Part shown: positions 1-9,549 of the stretch, piece after piece
How positions within the stretch are numbered: the stretch's first letter is position 1
Layout of the letters: each line of letters begins with the position of its first letter
Origin: Acidobacteriota bacterium
Lineage (GTDB): Bacteria > Acidobacteriota > UBA890 > WLXD01
Reading direction: 5' to 3'
DNA length: 64,000 nt
Assembly: GCA_963666215.2 (NCBI GenBank)
Contig: CAXWPL010000004.1
Span: forward strand, 160,001-224,000
The notes under the pieces: model-generated
Told to the model about the DNA's origin: nothing
Database searches by the model: none
The model's input: only the letters and a program-made list of their open reading frames with translations
Position numbers and translations under genes: made by a program

Positions 1-9
1 GCCGGCCAC

Positions 10-1917
10 TCATGCGCCGAACGCCTCCTCGAGCTCATGGAACAGGGCTTCGCGAACCAGCACGACGGGTAGGAACCCGATCCGGTACACGCGATCGTGG
101 AAGTCCTTCAGCGTCCCACGCTCATTCAGCTCCCGCATCTTCTGGAAGTAGTCCTCGCGCAGCAGCATCCATTGGAAGTACCCGAGCGTGGGGGCGGCGT
201 AGTCGGCACCAGTCCGCGCGGTGATGTTATCGATGTTGATCCGGCCACCCTCTGGAACGAATCCGATCGTCTCGGTCTCGAGCTCGACCGCCTCGTCGTA
301 GCTCATCCCGCCGGTGTTGAGTCCCGAGTCGATGATCACCCGGCCGAAGCGCCACAGCTTGAGGCGCAGTGTCTCAAGCTCGTAAACATCCTGCTTGTCG
401 GCGGGGAACCAACCGTACTGCGGATCGGGCGTCAGCTCCCATTCGATGTAGTAGCACCAGGCCTGATTGGAGTAGTAGCTGCTGAGATAGCGACGCAGTC
501 GGCGGGGATTCTCCTTCTGATAGAGGCTCTGCAGGTGGTGCCCGGGATAGACCTCGTGGGTGGTGATGGCGTACATGAACGAGGCTTCCTTCTCGGTCAG
601 GTTCGCCTCCGCCATCGCGTCCGGCCAATCTGGAGACACCGGGATGATCCGCCAGGCCGACTTCCGACTCGGCGAGTCGGGCGACACGCCCGGCCCGAAC
701 CCCCACCACTGGGATGCCCACATGCTGGGGTCGGCCGCCGCCATGATCGAGTCGTCGTCGTCCCAGGGAATGCTCACCAGGTCGTTTTCAATGACCCAAT
801 CGCGGCTCCGCCGCGCTGCTTCGAGGTGCTTGAATACGAGCTGCTCGGCGAAGAAGTGATCCTGCTTCTCGTCCTTGATGATCTCGAGCCACGTGCGCTC
901 CGGATCGATTCGCCGCGCCTTGACCTCGAGGTGGTGGCGAATGATATCGAACTGCTTCCAACCCCAATCGTGGTAGCCAGGGACGCGCGTGAAGCTCTCC
1001 TGGCCGCGAGCGATGCGGCGCAGGTGGATGTCGTTCTCCGGGAACATGTAGCGGTGCTCCTGGAGGCCGTTGAAGACCTCCGCACCGACCCGCCAGTCGC
1101 CCTCCGGAAGCCGCGGCAGATCCTCGCGCAGGAAGGCACGAAAGCGCGCCATGGCGTCGGCTGCGCGCCCGCTCTCGGCCAGAAGACGGTCGCGCAAGGC
1201 GTCGTCGTCGACGCGCTCGGCAAAAGCCGGCAGATCGTTGGCCAGCACCGATTGAAAACCCACCAAGGTCTGATCGGTGAGCTCGATCCAACGCGCGATG
1301 TACTGGTCGAGGTTAGCGCGGGCGCTCGTCAGGCGCGTTTGCAGCAGCTGCAGATCGTCGATCAGGTCCGCTGCCCGCGCCGCCGGGGGCCGCGGATCGA
1401 CGGAGATCTTGTAGACGATCGGGCCGTTGTTGAAGTACAGGCGAGGATCCTGCCGCCAGCGCTGCACGTTCTCGGCCACCAGCAGATCGGCGCGCAGCGT
1501 GCCCTCCAGGAAGCGGTAGTCGATGTCCTGGTCGAACGTCAGCGCGCCGCGGTCGATGTCACCGAGCTCGTCGATGAACCGCCGCAACGTCGCCGTCTGC
1601 CGCCGAAAGCCCGCCGCGTCCATCTCCCGCAGCGCCGCGTCACCGCGGGTGATTGGCGCCGAGAGGGCGTCCCCGCCACCGACACCCTGAACCTCGCGCA
1701 GGTACCGATCGACCAGCCCCTCGAACTGCCAGCCAGCCTCCTGAGCCGGCGCCAGGCTCGACCCTGCACCGACGGCGGCCCCCATCAGCAGCAGCAGCGA
1801 CAGAACGACGGTGGCGGCCTCGCCGCTGCGCGCACGGTGCCGTCCGTCTCCGGAAGCCCGCAGATCCTCGGCGCACGGCCTTGGGGACCTCCACCGCGAC
1901 CTGCCGGAGCGCATCAT
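10..1917 (-). CDS. DUF885 family secreted protein, paralog 1
   Basis: THEVYPGHHLQ motif and C-terminal LKDFHDRVYRIG...LVRE typical of DUF885. The ATG at 1917 overlaps the upstream TGA (TGATG). The ORF-track extension to 2376 lies inside paralog 2. A hydrophobic signal follows a ~35 aa basic extension, so the true start may be later. Confidence 0.85.
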   Translation of the reverse strand: MMRSGRSRWRSPRPCAEDLRASGDGRHRARSGEAATVVLSLLLLMGAAVGAGSSLAPAQEAGWQFEGLVDRYLREVQGVGGGDALSAPITRGDAALREMDAAGFRRQTATLRRFIDELGDIDRGALTFDQDIDYRFLEGTLRADLLVAENVQRWRQDPRLYFNNGPIVYKISVDPRPPAARAADLIDDLQLLQTRLTSARANLDQYIARWIELTDQTLVGFQSVLANDLPAFAERVDDDALRDRLLAESGRAADAMARFRAFLREDLPRLPEGDWRVGAEVFNGLQEHRYMFPENDIHLRRIARGQESFTRVPGYHDWGWKQFDIIRHHLEVKARRIDPERTWLEIIKDEKQDHFFAEQLVFKHLEAARRSRDWVIENDLVSIPWDDDDSIMAAADPSMWASQWWGFGPGVSPDSPSRKSAWRIIPVSPDWPDAMAEANLTEKEASFMYAITTHEVYPGHHLQSLYQKENPRRLRRYLSSYYSNQAWCYYIEWELTPDPQYGWFPADKQDVYELETLRLKLWRFGRVIIDSGLNTGGMSYDEAVELETETIGFVPEGGRINIDNITARTGADYAAPTLGYFQWMLLREDYFQKMRELNERGTLKDFHDRVYRIGFLPVVLVREALFHELEEAFGA

Positions 1918-3731
1918 CAATCGGCCCGGCTGCCGCCGAACTCCTGCTCGAGCTCGTGAAAGAGTGCCTCTCGAACGAGCACGACCGGCAGGAAGCCGAT
2001 GTGGTAGATGCGGTCGTGAAAGTCCTTGAGCGTGCCCCGCTGATCGAGCTCCCTCATCTTCTGGAAGTAATCCTCTCGCAACAGCATCCACTGGAAGTAG
2101 CCGAGCGTCGCCGCGGCCGTCCCGGATCCGCCCGAGGTGATGCCGTCGATGTTGATCTGGGCGCCACGCAGCACGAACCCGATGGTCTCCGACTCGAGCT
2201 CGACGGCCTCGTCGTAGGTCATCTGGCCCGTGTGCAGCCCGGAATCGATGATCACCCGCCCGAGGCGCCACAGCTTGGTCCGCAAGGCCTCGAGCTCGTA
2301 CACGGCCTGTTTGTCGGGTGGATACCAGCCGTACTGCGGGTCCGGTGTCAGCTCCCACTCGATGTAGTAACACCAAGCCTGGTTCGAGTAGCTTCCCTCG
2401 TAGACCCGCAGCCGCCGTGCGTTCTCGTTTGAGTAAAGGCGTTGCAGGTGGTGCCCCGGATAGCCCTCATGGGTGGCGATCACGTAGGCGAAGCTGGCGT
2501 CCTTCTCCTGCAAGTTCCCTTCGGCGATGTCGTCCGGCCAATCCGGATTGACGGGGATAATCGTCCAGCCTGACTTGCGCGACGACGAGCCCGCCGGGAC
2601 GGTGCCGGCGAACCCCCACCACTGGGCCGCCCACAAGCTCGGATCGCCGGCCACCATGATGTTGTCGTCGTCGTCCCAGGGAATCGTCATCAGGTCGTTT
2701 TCGATGACCCAGTCCCGCGACCGCCGCAGGATCTTGTGGTGCTCGTAGACGACCTGCTCGTTGAAGAAATGGTCCTCCTTCTCGTCGCGGAGGATCTCCA
2801 GCCAGCTGCGCTCGGGATCGATGAGCCGCGCCTTGACCTCGAGGTGATGGCGGACGATGTCGAACTGCTTCCAGCCCCAGTCTCGATAGGCGGGCACACG
2901 GCTGAAGCTCGGGGCCCCACGAGCGATGCGCCGCAAGTGGATGTCGTTTTCCGGAAACATGTAGCGCAGCTCGTGCATGGCGTTGAAGACTTCGGCGCCG
3001 ACACGCCAGTCGCCCTCGCGGCGGCCGGGGAGCTCGTCGGTCAGGAACGTGCGGTAGTCCCGCAAGGCAGCAAGCGCCCGTTCGTTCTCGGCCAGAAGCT
3101 CTCCCTGGAGCGGCTGCGGCACGCGGCTGGCGAACTGCGGCAGGTTGGTCGACAGGCTGACCACGAAGCCGTCGAGGTTCTCGACGGTCTGCTGCGTCCA
3201 TCGCGGCACGTACTGGTCGACGTTGTCCTTGCCGTTGGCGAGACGCGTCTGCAGCAGTTGCAGGTCGGCGACCAGATCGGCGGCTCGCTCCACCGCCGGC
3301 CGCGGATCGGCCGTCAACTTGTAGACGATCGGCCGCACCGCCAGGTAGGTTCCGGGGCTCTGACGCCACCGCTGTACGTTCTGATCCCAGACGACGCCGG
3401 AGCGCAGGATGCTGTCGAGGAAGCGGTAGTCGATGTCCTGGTCGAAGGTCAGCGTCGAGCGATCGATGGCCTCGAGAGCCTGCAGCACGCGTCGCTTGGT
3501 CTCGAGTGCCCCGACGAAGCTGTCGGCGCTCATGTCGTTGGGGCCGCGTGCCGCGCCGATGCCGCGCACCTCGGCCAGGTAGCGGTCCACGAGCGCCTCG
3601 AAAGCCTCGTTCTCGGCGGCCGGTGCACCGGCGCTCCCGAGCACCGCCACCGGCTGGCCGACAGCGGCAAAAGCCATCAAGCCGACCAGAGCCACGCGCG
3701 ACAAGGTACCGAGAATCCTGGGCGTCTTCAT
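1917..3731 (-). CDS. DUF885 family secreted protein, paralog 2
   Basis: THEGYPGHHLQ motif; signal peptide MKTPRIL...; GGGAGG RBS at 3743-3738 before ATG 3731. Confidence 0.88.
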   Translation of the reverse strand: MKTPRILGTLSRVALVGLMAFAAVGQPVAVLGSAGAPAAENEAFEALVDRYLAEVRGIGAARGPNDMSADSFVGALETKRRVLQALEAIDRSTLTFDQDIDYRFLDSILRSGVVWDQNVQRWRQSPGTYLAVRPIVYKLTADPRPAVERAADLVADLQLLQTRLANGKDNVDQYVPRWTQQTVENLDGFVVSLSTNLPQFASRVPQPLQGELLAENERALAALRDYRTFLTDELPGRREGDWRVGAEVFNAMHELRYMFPENDIHLRRIARGAPSFSRVPAYRDWGWKQFDIVRHHLEVKARLIDPERSWLEILRDEKEDHFFNEQVVYEHHKILRRSRDWVIENDLMTIPWDDDDNIMVAGDPSLWAAQWWGFAGTVPAGSSSRKSGWTIIPVNPDWPDDIAEGNLQEKDASFAYVIATHEGYPGHHLQRLYSNENARRLRVYEGSYSNQAWCYYIEWELTPDPQYGWYPPDKQAVYELEALRTKLWRLGRVIIDSGLHTGQMTYDEAVELESETIGFVLRGAQINIDGITSGGSGTAAATLGYFQWMLLREDYFQKMRELDQRGTLKDFHDRIYHIGFLPVVLVREALFHELEQEFGGSRAD

Positions 3732-3868
3732 ATCGGGCCTCCCTTGGCTGAACACCGGACCATCCACGGATCGCCGCCGCGGCAGGGCCCGAGCCGAACG
3801 GGGCTCGACGCCCGGGTCCGGATTTGACCGGCATCAGTGACACCACCTCCGGGAACGTGCCCGAGGAT

Positions 3869-5671
3869 CTAGCTGAACTCCTCCTCCAGGTCGTGGAACA
3901 TGGTCTCCCGTACCAGGACGACCGGCAGGAAGCCGATCTTGTAGACGCGGTCGTGGAAGTCCTTGAGCGTTCCCCGCTGGTTGAGCTCGCGCATCTTCTG
4001 GAAGTAGTCCTCGCGCAACAGCATCCACTGGTAGTAGCCCACCGTCGGCGCGGCCGTCCTGGATCCGCCCCCGGTGATGCCGTCGATGTTGATCTGGGCG
4101 CCACGCAGCACGAACCCGATGGTCTCCGACTCGAGCTCGACGGCCTCGTCGTAGGTCATCCGACCCGTGTGCAGCCCGGAATCGATGATCACCCGCCCGA
4201 GGCGCCAGAGCTTCAGGCGCAGGGTCTCGAGGGCGTAGATCTCCTGCTTGTCGGGCGGGAACCAACCGTACTTGGGATCCGGGGTCAGCTCCCACTCGAC
4301 GTAGTAGCACCAGGACTGGTTCGAGTAGCTGCCCGCGTAGACCCGCAAGCGGCGAGGGTTCTCGTTGCGGTAGAGACTCTGCAGGTGATGCCCCGGGTAG
4401 ACTTCGTGCGTGGCAATGGCGTACATGAAGCTGGCGTCCTTCTCCGACAGGTTCTGCTCCGCTATGTCGTCCGGCCAGTCCGGGGCGACCGGTATGATCC
4501 GCCAGGCCGACTTCCGGGTGATGGTCTGCCCGGCCGGCACGCCAGGGCCGAAGCCCCACCACTGCGACGACCATCGGCTCGGGTCGGCCGCTTCCATGAT
4601 CGAGTCGTCGTCGTCCCAGGGGATGCTCACCAGGTCGTTGTCGATGACCCAATCGCGGGACGCCCGCGCAGCCTCATGGTGCTTGAAGACGAGCTGCTCG
4701 GCGAAGAAGTGATCTTCCTTCTCGTCGCGGAGGATCTCCAGCCAGGTGCGCTCGGGATCGATGAGCCTCGCCTTGACCTCGAGGTGGTGCTTGATGATCT
4801 CGAACTGCTTCCAGCCCCAGTCGTGATAGTCGGGCACCCGGGTGAAGCCCGGCTGGCCGCGGGCGATGCGACGCAGGTGGACGTCGTCTTCCGGGAACAT
4901 GTAGCGCAGCTCCTGCATAGCGTTGAAGACTTCGGCGCCGACCCGCCAGTCGCCCTCGGGGCGGCCAGGGAGCTCGTCGGTCAGGAACGAGCGATAGTCC
5001 CGCAGGGCAGCAAGCGCGCGTTCGTTCTCCGCCAGAAGCTCTCCCCGGAGCCGCTGCGGCACGCGCCCGGCGAAGGCCGGCAGGTCGTTCTCCAGGACGA
5101 CCACGAAGCCGTCGAGAATCTCGACGGCCTCCAGCGTCCAGCGTGGCACGTACTGGTCGACGTTGTCCTTGCCGTTGGCGAGTCGCGCCCGCAACAGTTG
5201 CAGATCGGCAACCATCCCGGCGGCACGCTCCGCCGGCGGCCGCGGATCCGCCGTTAGCCTGTACATGAAGCGCCCCGCCGCCACGTAGCTCCCCGGGTTC
5301 TGACGCCAGCGCTGTACGTTCTCGCCCCAGACGACGCCGGAGCGCAGGATGCTGTCGAGGAAGCGGTAATCGATGTCCTGGTCGAAGGTCAGCGTCGAGC
5401 GGTCAATGGCCTCGAGAGCCTGCAGCACGAGTCGCTGGGTCTCGAGCGCCCTGGCGAAGCTGTCGGCGCTCATGTCGTTGGGGCCGCGTGCCGAGCCGAT
5501 GCCGCGCACCTCGGCCAGGTAACGGTCCACGAGCGCCTCGAAAGCCTCGCTCTCGGCGACCGGCGCAGCGGCGCTCCCGAGTACAGCCACCGGGTGGCCG
5601 ACCGCGGCAACGGCCATCAAACCGACCAGAGCCAGGCGCGACAACGTACCGAGGATCCTGGGCGTGCTCAT
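3869..5671 (-). CDS. DUF885 family secreted protein, paralog 3
   Basis: 600 aa ORF with signal peptide and THEVYPGHHLQ motif; purine-rich RBS. Confidence 0.88.
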   Translation of the reverse strand: MSTPRILGTLSRLALVGLMAVAAVGHPVAVLGSAAAPVAESEAFEALVDRYLAEVRGIGSARGPNDMSADSFARALETQRLVLQALEAIDRSTLTFDQDIDYRFLDSILRSGVVWGENVQRWRQNPGSYVAAGRFMYRLTADPRPPAERAAGMVADLQLLRARLANGKDNVDQYVPRWTLEAVEILDGFVVVLENDLPAFAGRVPQRLRGELLAENERALAALRDYRSFLTDELPGRPEGDWRVGAEVFNAMQELRYMFPEDDVHLRRIARGQPGFTRVPDYHDWGWKQFEIIKHHLEVKARLIDPERTWLEILRDEKEDHFFAEQLVFKHHEAARASRDWVIDNDLVSIPWDDDDSIMEAADPSRWSSQWWGFGPGVPAGQTITRKSAWRIIPVAPDWPDDIAEQNLSEKDASFMYAIATHEVYPGHHLQSLYRNENPRRLRVYAGSYSNQSWCYYVEWELTPDPKYGWFPPDKQEIYALETLRLKLWRLGRVIIDSGLHTGRMTYDEAVELESETIGFVLRGAQINIDGITGGGSRTAAPTVGYYQWMLLREDYFQKMRELNQRGTLKDFHDRVYKIGFLPVVLVRETMFHDLEEEFS

Positions 5672-5701
5672 GTCCCCCCCTTTTGTTAAGAACCTAGAAA
5701 C

Positions 5702-5719
5702 CGGGCTGCTAGCAGCCCG
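5702..5719. repeat. Perfect 18-bp intergenic palindrome CGGGCTGCTAGCAGCCCG
   Basis: Read directly in the gap between paralogs 4 and 3. Confidence 0.6.
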
Positions 5720-5725
5720 TGGCTG

Positions 5726-7522
5726 CTACCCGAACTCCTCCTCCAGCTCGTGGAACAACGCCTCGCGCACGAGCACGACCGGCAGGAACCCAATGCGGTA
5801 GACGCGGTCGTGAAAGTCCTTGAGCGTTCCCCGCTGGTTGAGCTCCCGCATCTTCTGGAAGTAGTCCTCGCGCAGCAGCATCCACTGGTAGTAACCCACC
5901 GTCGGCGCCGCCGTGCTGCTACCCCCTGCAGTGATCCCGTCGATGTTGATCTGGGCGCCACGCTGCACGAATCCGATGACGTTCGACTCCAGGTCGACGG
6001 CCTCCTCGTAGGTCATGTCGCCGCCGTGTAGCCCCGAATCGATGATCACCCGGCCGAGGCGCCAGAGCTTCAGGCGCAGGGTCTCGAGGGCATAGATCTC
6101 CTGCTTGTCGGGCGGGAACCAGCCGTACTTTGGATCCGGGGTCAGCTCCCACTCGACGTAGTAGCACCACGACTGGTTCGAGTAGCTGCTCTCGTAGACC
6201 CGCAAGCGGCGGTCGTTCTCGTTCGCGTAGAGGCGCTGCAGGTGATGCCCCGGGTAGACCTCGTGGGTGGCAATGGCGTACATGAAGCTGCGGTCCTTCT
6301 CCGACAGGTTCTCCTCGGCCACGTCGTCCGCCCAATCCGGGGCGACAGGGATGATCCGCCATGCCGACCTCCGGGTGACGGTCTGCCCGGCCGGCACACC
6401 GGGGCCGAAGCCCCACCACTGCGACGACCACAAGCTCGGGTCGGCCGCCTCCATGATCGAGTCGTCGCTGTCCCAGGGAACCGTCACCAGGTCGTTGTCG
6501 ATGACCCAGTCACGGGACGCTCGCGCCGCCTCGTGGTGCTCGTAGACGAGCTGTTCGGCCTGCAGATGGTCCTCCTTCTCGTCGCGGAGAATCTGCAGCC
6601 AGGTGCGCTCCGGATCGATGCGGCTCGCCTTCACCTCGAGGTGGTGCTTGATGATCTCGAACTGCTTCCAGCCCCAGTCGTGGTAGCCCGGCACACGGGT
6701 GAAGCCCGGCGAGCCGAGGGCGATGCGCCGCAGGTGGATGTTGTCCTCCGGAAAGAGATACCGCGCCTCGTGCAGGTCGTTGAAGACGTCGGCGCCGATG
6801 CGGAAGTCGCCCTCGGGCATCGCCATCAGATCGGTGTTGATGAACTCCCGGTAGTCGTTCAGCGCCGCCAGCGCGGAGACGCTCTCATCCAGCAACTCCT
6901 GGCGGAGCGACGCCGACTGCAGTCGACCGGCGAAGGCCGGCAAGCTGTTCTCCAGAACGACGACCAGACCCTCGATGAGGTCGTCGGCGAGCTCGACCCA
7001 ACGATGGATGGGCTGCCGCAGATTGCGCTCGCCGTTCTGCAGCCGTACCTGCATCAACTGCAACCCGTCGAGAAGGTCGGCGGCGCGGGCCTCCGGCGCG
7101 CGCGGATCGACGGTCAGCAGGTAGTTGAGCCGGTTCGGCCGCACGCTCCAGCCACGGCTGATGCCCAGGTAGCCGCGCGGGTCCTGTCGCCAGCGCTGGA
7201 CGTTCTCGCCGCGGATGATGTTGCCGCGGAGAATGCTCTCGAGGAATCGCCAGTCGATGTCCTCGTCGAAGCTCAGCGTGTCGCGATCGATTTGGCGTAG
7301 CTCCCCGAGCAGTCGCCGTTGCACCTCGACATCGCGCCCGAACGCCGCGGCGCTCATGTCGTGGGCCTCCACACCAGCTCCAACGCCGCGCACCTCGGCC
7401 AGATATCGATCCACGAGAGCATCGAACTCGACGCTCGTGCTGGCCTCGAGGAAGCTGCCGCCGGATCCGGCGATAAGGGCGACGCCGGCCGCCAGCCCCA
7501 TGATCAGAAGCGTTCTGCGCAT
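5726..7522 (-). CDS. DUF885 family secreted protein, paralog 4
   Basis: 598 aa ORF with signal peptide and THEVYPGHHLQ motif. Confidence 0.88.
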   Translation of the reverse strand: MRRTLLIMGLAAGVALIAGSGGSFLEASTSVEFDALVDRYLAEVRGVGAGVEAHDMSAAAFGRDVEVQRRLLGELRQIDRDTLSFDEDIDWRFLESILRGNIIRGENVQRWRQDPRGYLGISRGWSVRPNRLNYLLTVDPRAPEARAADLLDGLQLMQVRLQNGERNLRQPIHRWVELADDLIEGLVVVLENSLPAFAGRLQSASLRQELLDESVSALAALNDYREFINTDLMAMPEGDFRIGADVFNDLHEARYLFPEDNIHLRRIALGSPGFTRVPGYHDWGWKQFEIIKHHLEVKASRIDPERTWLQILRDEKEDHLQAEQLVYEHHEAARASRDWVIDNDLVTVPWDSDDSIMEAADPSLWSSQWWGFGPGVPAGQTVTRRSAWRIIPVAPDWADDVAEENLSEKDRSFMYAIATHEVYPGHHLQRLYANENDRRLRVYESSYSNQSWCYYVEWELTPDPKYGWFPPDKQEIYALETLRLKLWRLGRVIIDSGLHGGDMTYEEAVDLESNVIGFVQRGAQINIDGITAGGSSTAAPTVGYYQWMLLREDYFQKMRELNQRGTLKDFHDRVYRIGFLPVVLVREALFHELEEEFG

Positions 7523-7534
7523 GTCAGCCTCGAT

Positions 7535-9343
7535 TCAGTTGCTGATGGCCTGGCCGAACTGCTGCTCCAGCTCGTGGAACATGGCCTCGCGTACCAGGAC
7601 GACAGGCATGAAGCCGATCCGATAGACGCGGTCGTGGAAGTCTTTCAGCGTTCCGCGCTGGTTGAGCTCGCGCATCTTCTGGAAGTAGTCCTCGCGCAGC
7701 AGCATCCACTGGAAGTAGCCGAGCGTCGGCGCCGCCATGGTCGAGCCGATGCGCGAGACGATGCCGTCCATGTTGATCCGCGATCCCTCTTCGACGAACC
7801 CGACCCCGCTCATCTCGAGCTCCAGCGCATCGTCGTAGCTCATGTCGCTGGCGTGGATGCCCGAGTCGATGATCACGCGGTCGAAGCGCCAGAGCTTCAA
7901 ACGAAGGGTCTCGAGCGCGTAGATGTCCTGCTTGTCGGCCGGGAACCAGCCGTACTGCGGATCCGGGGTCAGCTCCCACTCGATGTAGTAACACCAAGAC
8001 TGGTTCGAATAGCTGCTCTCGTACTGCCGCAGCCGACGCGGTATCTCGTTCGCGTAGAGCCGCTGCAGGTGGTGCCCCGGGTACACCTCGTGCGTGGCGA
8101 TGGCGTACATGAACATCGCGTCTTTCTCGGTCAGGTTGCCCTCGGCCTGCTGGTCTGGCCACTCCGGGTTGACCGGGATGATCGTCCACGCCGACTTGCG
8201 GAACTCGGTCTGGCCGGCGGGCACCCCCGGGCCCCAACCCCACCACTGCGACATCCACAGGCTCGGGTCGGCGGCCTGCATGATCGAGTCGTCGTCGTCC
8301 CACGGAATCGTCACCAGGTCGTTGTCGATAACCCAGTCGCGGCTCGCTCGTGCCGCCTCGAGGTGCTTGAAGACGAGCTGCTCGGCGAAGAAATGATCCT
8401 CCTTTTCGTCGCGCAGGATCTCGAGCCACGTACGGTCGGGGTCGATCCGCGCGGCCTTGACTTCGAGGTGGTGCTTGACGATCTCGAACTGCTTCAACCC
8501 CCACTCCCGATACGCCGGAAAGCGGGTGAAGCCCGGCATCCCGCGGGCGATACGGCGCAGGTGGATGTTGTCCTCCGGGAACATGTAGCGAGTCTCCATG
8601 AGCCCGTTGAAGACCTCGGCGCCGATCCGGTAGTCGCCCACCGGCATCTCGGACAGGTCCGAGTTGATGTGCTCACTGAAGTTGCCCAGGGCGGCGATCG
8701 CGCGATTGTTCTCGGCGAGCAGCCGCTGGCGAAGGTCGGCGTCGCCGACCCGCTCCGCGAACTTCGGAAGGTCGTTCTCGAGGACGACCAGGAAACCGTC
8801 GATGAAGGCGTCGGACAGCTCCACCCATCGGGCGATGTACTGGTTCAAGTTCGCCTTGCCGTTCTCCAGCCGTGTCCGCAACATCTGCAGGTCGGAGATC
8901 AGCCCCTCGGCTCGCACCTCGATGGGGCTCGGATCGACGATGACCTTGTAAGCGACCGCGCGGTTATTCAGGTAGACGCGCGGGTCTTGCCGCCAGCGCT
9001 GGACGTTCTCTTCCTCGAGCACGGCAGAAGCAAGGATGCTCTCGAGGAAGCGATGGTCGATGTACTGATCGAAGGTCAGGGTGTCGCGATCGATGCCCCT
9101 GAGCTCGGCGAGGAGCCTACGCTTGGTCTCGGTGACCCGCTCGAAGCTCTCGGCGCTCAGATCGCGCGGAGCCGAGCTCGCGCCGACGCCGCGCACCTCC
9201 TCGAGATAGCGGTCGATGAGACCCTCGAACTCCATGTTGAGGGCGGCCTGCGGACTCTCGACTCCGCCGGCTGCGAGTGAGCCCGCGAGCAGGCTGAGTC
9301 CGACGATGGCGCCGGCGGTCAGAACAAATCCGCGTTTCTTCAT
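7535..9343 (-). CDS. DUF885 family secreted protein, paralog 5
   Basis: 602 aa ORF; MKKRGF signal peptide; AGGAGGT RBS; THEVYPGHHLQ motif. Confidence 0.88.
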   Translation of the reverse strand: MKKRGFVLTAGAIVGLSLLAGSLAAGGVESPQAALNMEFEGLIDRYLEEVRGVGASSAPRDLSAESFERVTETKRRLLAELRGIDRDTLTFDQYIDHRFLESILASAVLEEENVQRWRQDPRVYLNNRAVAYKVIVDPSPIEVRAEGLISDLQMLRTRLENGKANLNQYIARWVELSDAFIDGFLVVLENDLPKFAERVGDADLRQRLLAENNRAIAALGNFSEHINSDLSEMPVGDYRIGAEVFNGLMETRYMFPEDNIHLRRIARGMPGFTRFPAYREWGLKQFEIVKHHLEVKAARIDPDRTWLEILRDEKEDHFFAEQLVFKHLEAARASRDWVIDNDLVTIPWDDDDSIMQAADPSLWMSQWWGWGPGVPAGQTEFRKSAWTIIPVNPEWPDQQAEGNLTEKDAMFMYAIATHEVYPGHHLQRLYANEIPRRLRQYESSYSNQSWCYYIEWELTPDPQYGWFPADKQDIYALETLRLKLWRFDRVIIDSGIHASDMSYDDALELEMSGVGFVEEGSRINMDGIVSRIGSTMAAPTLGYFQWMLLREDYFQKMRELNQRGTLKDFHDRVYRIGFMPVVLVREAMFHELEQQFGQAISN

Positions 9344-9425
9344 CGGCTGGGCTACCTCCTGTCCGACCGCCCCGCGCGCAAAGCTCAGGGTCTACCCTGG
9401 TTGGCGCGACTCGGCCCTCGAAAAT

Positions 9426-9473
9426 GTGGCCGTCATCTATCGCCGAAAGGGAACAGCGAGAGAGGGCGGCCAC
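9426..9473. other. Intergenic stem-loop between TBDR1 and the DUF885 array
   Basis: GTGGCCG(9426)...CGGCCAC(9473) closes a longer imperfect hairpin; function unknown. Confidence 0.35.
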
Positions 9474-9549
9474 TTGTTGATCATCGTTTGACTTGTTTCA
9501 GCTGGTTGTGTCCCGCCAAAACGGAACCGTCTGCCCTTCCTCCGCGGTC

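Noticed and set aside
1918-2376. 788-aa version of DUF885 paralog 1
   Set aside because: The extension is an alternate frame of the paralog 2 coding region; coupling at 1917 explains the start.
97-9280. Long plus-strand ORFs opposite the DUF885 genes (97-1959, 3824-5257, 7319-9280) and similar ones opposite the TBDRs and DUF1592
   Set aside because: Antisense shadows expected from high-GC codon bias; they show no recognisable motifs.
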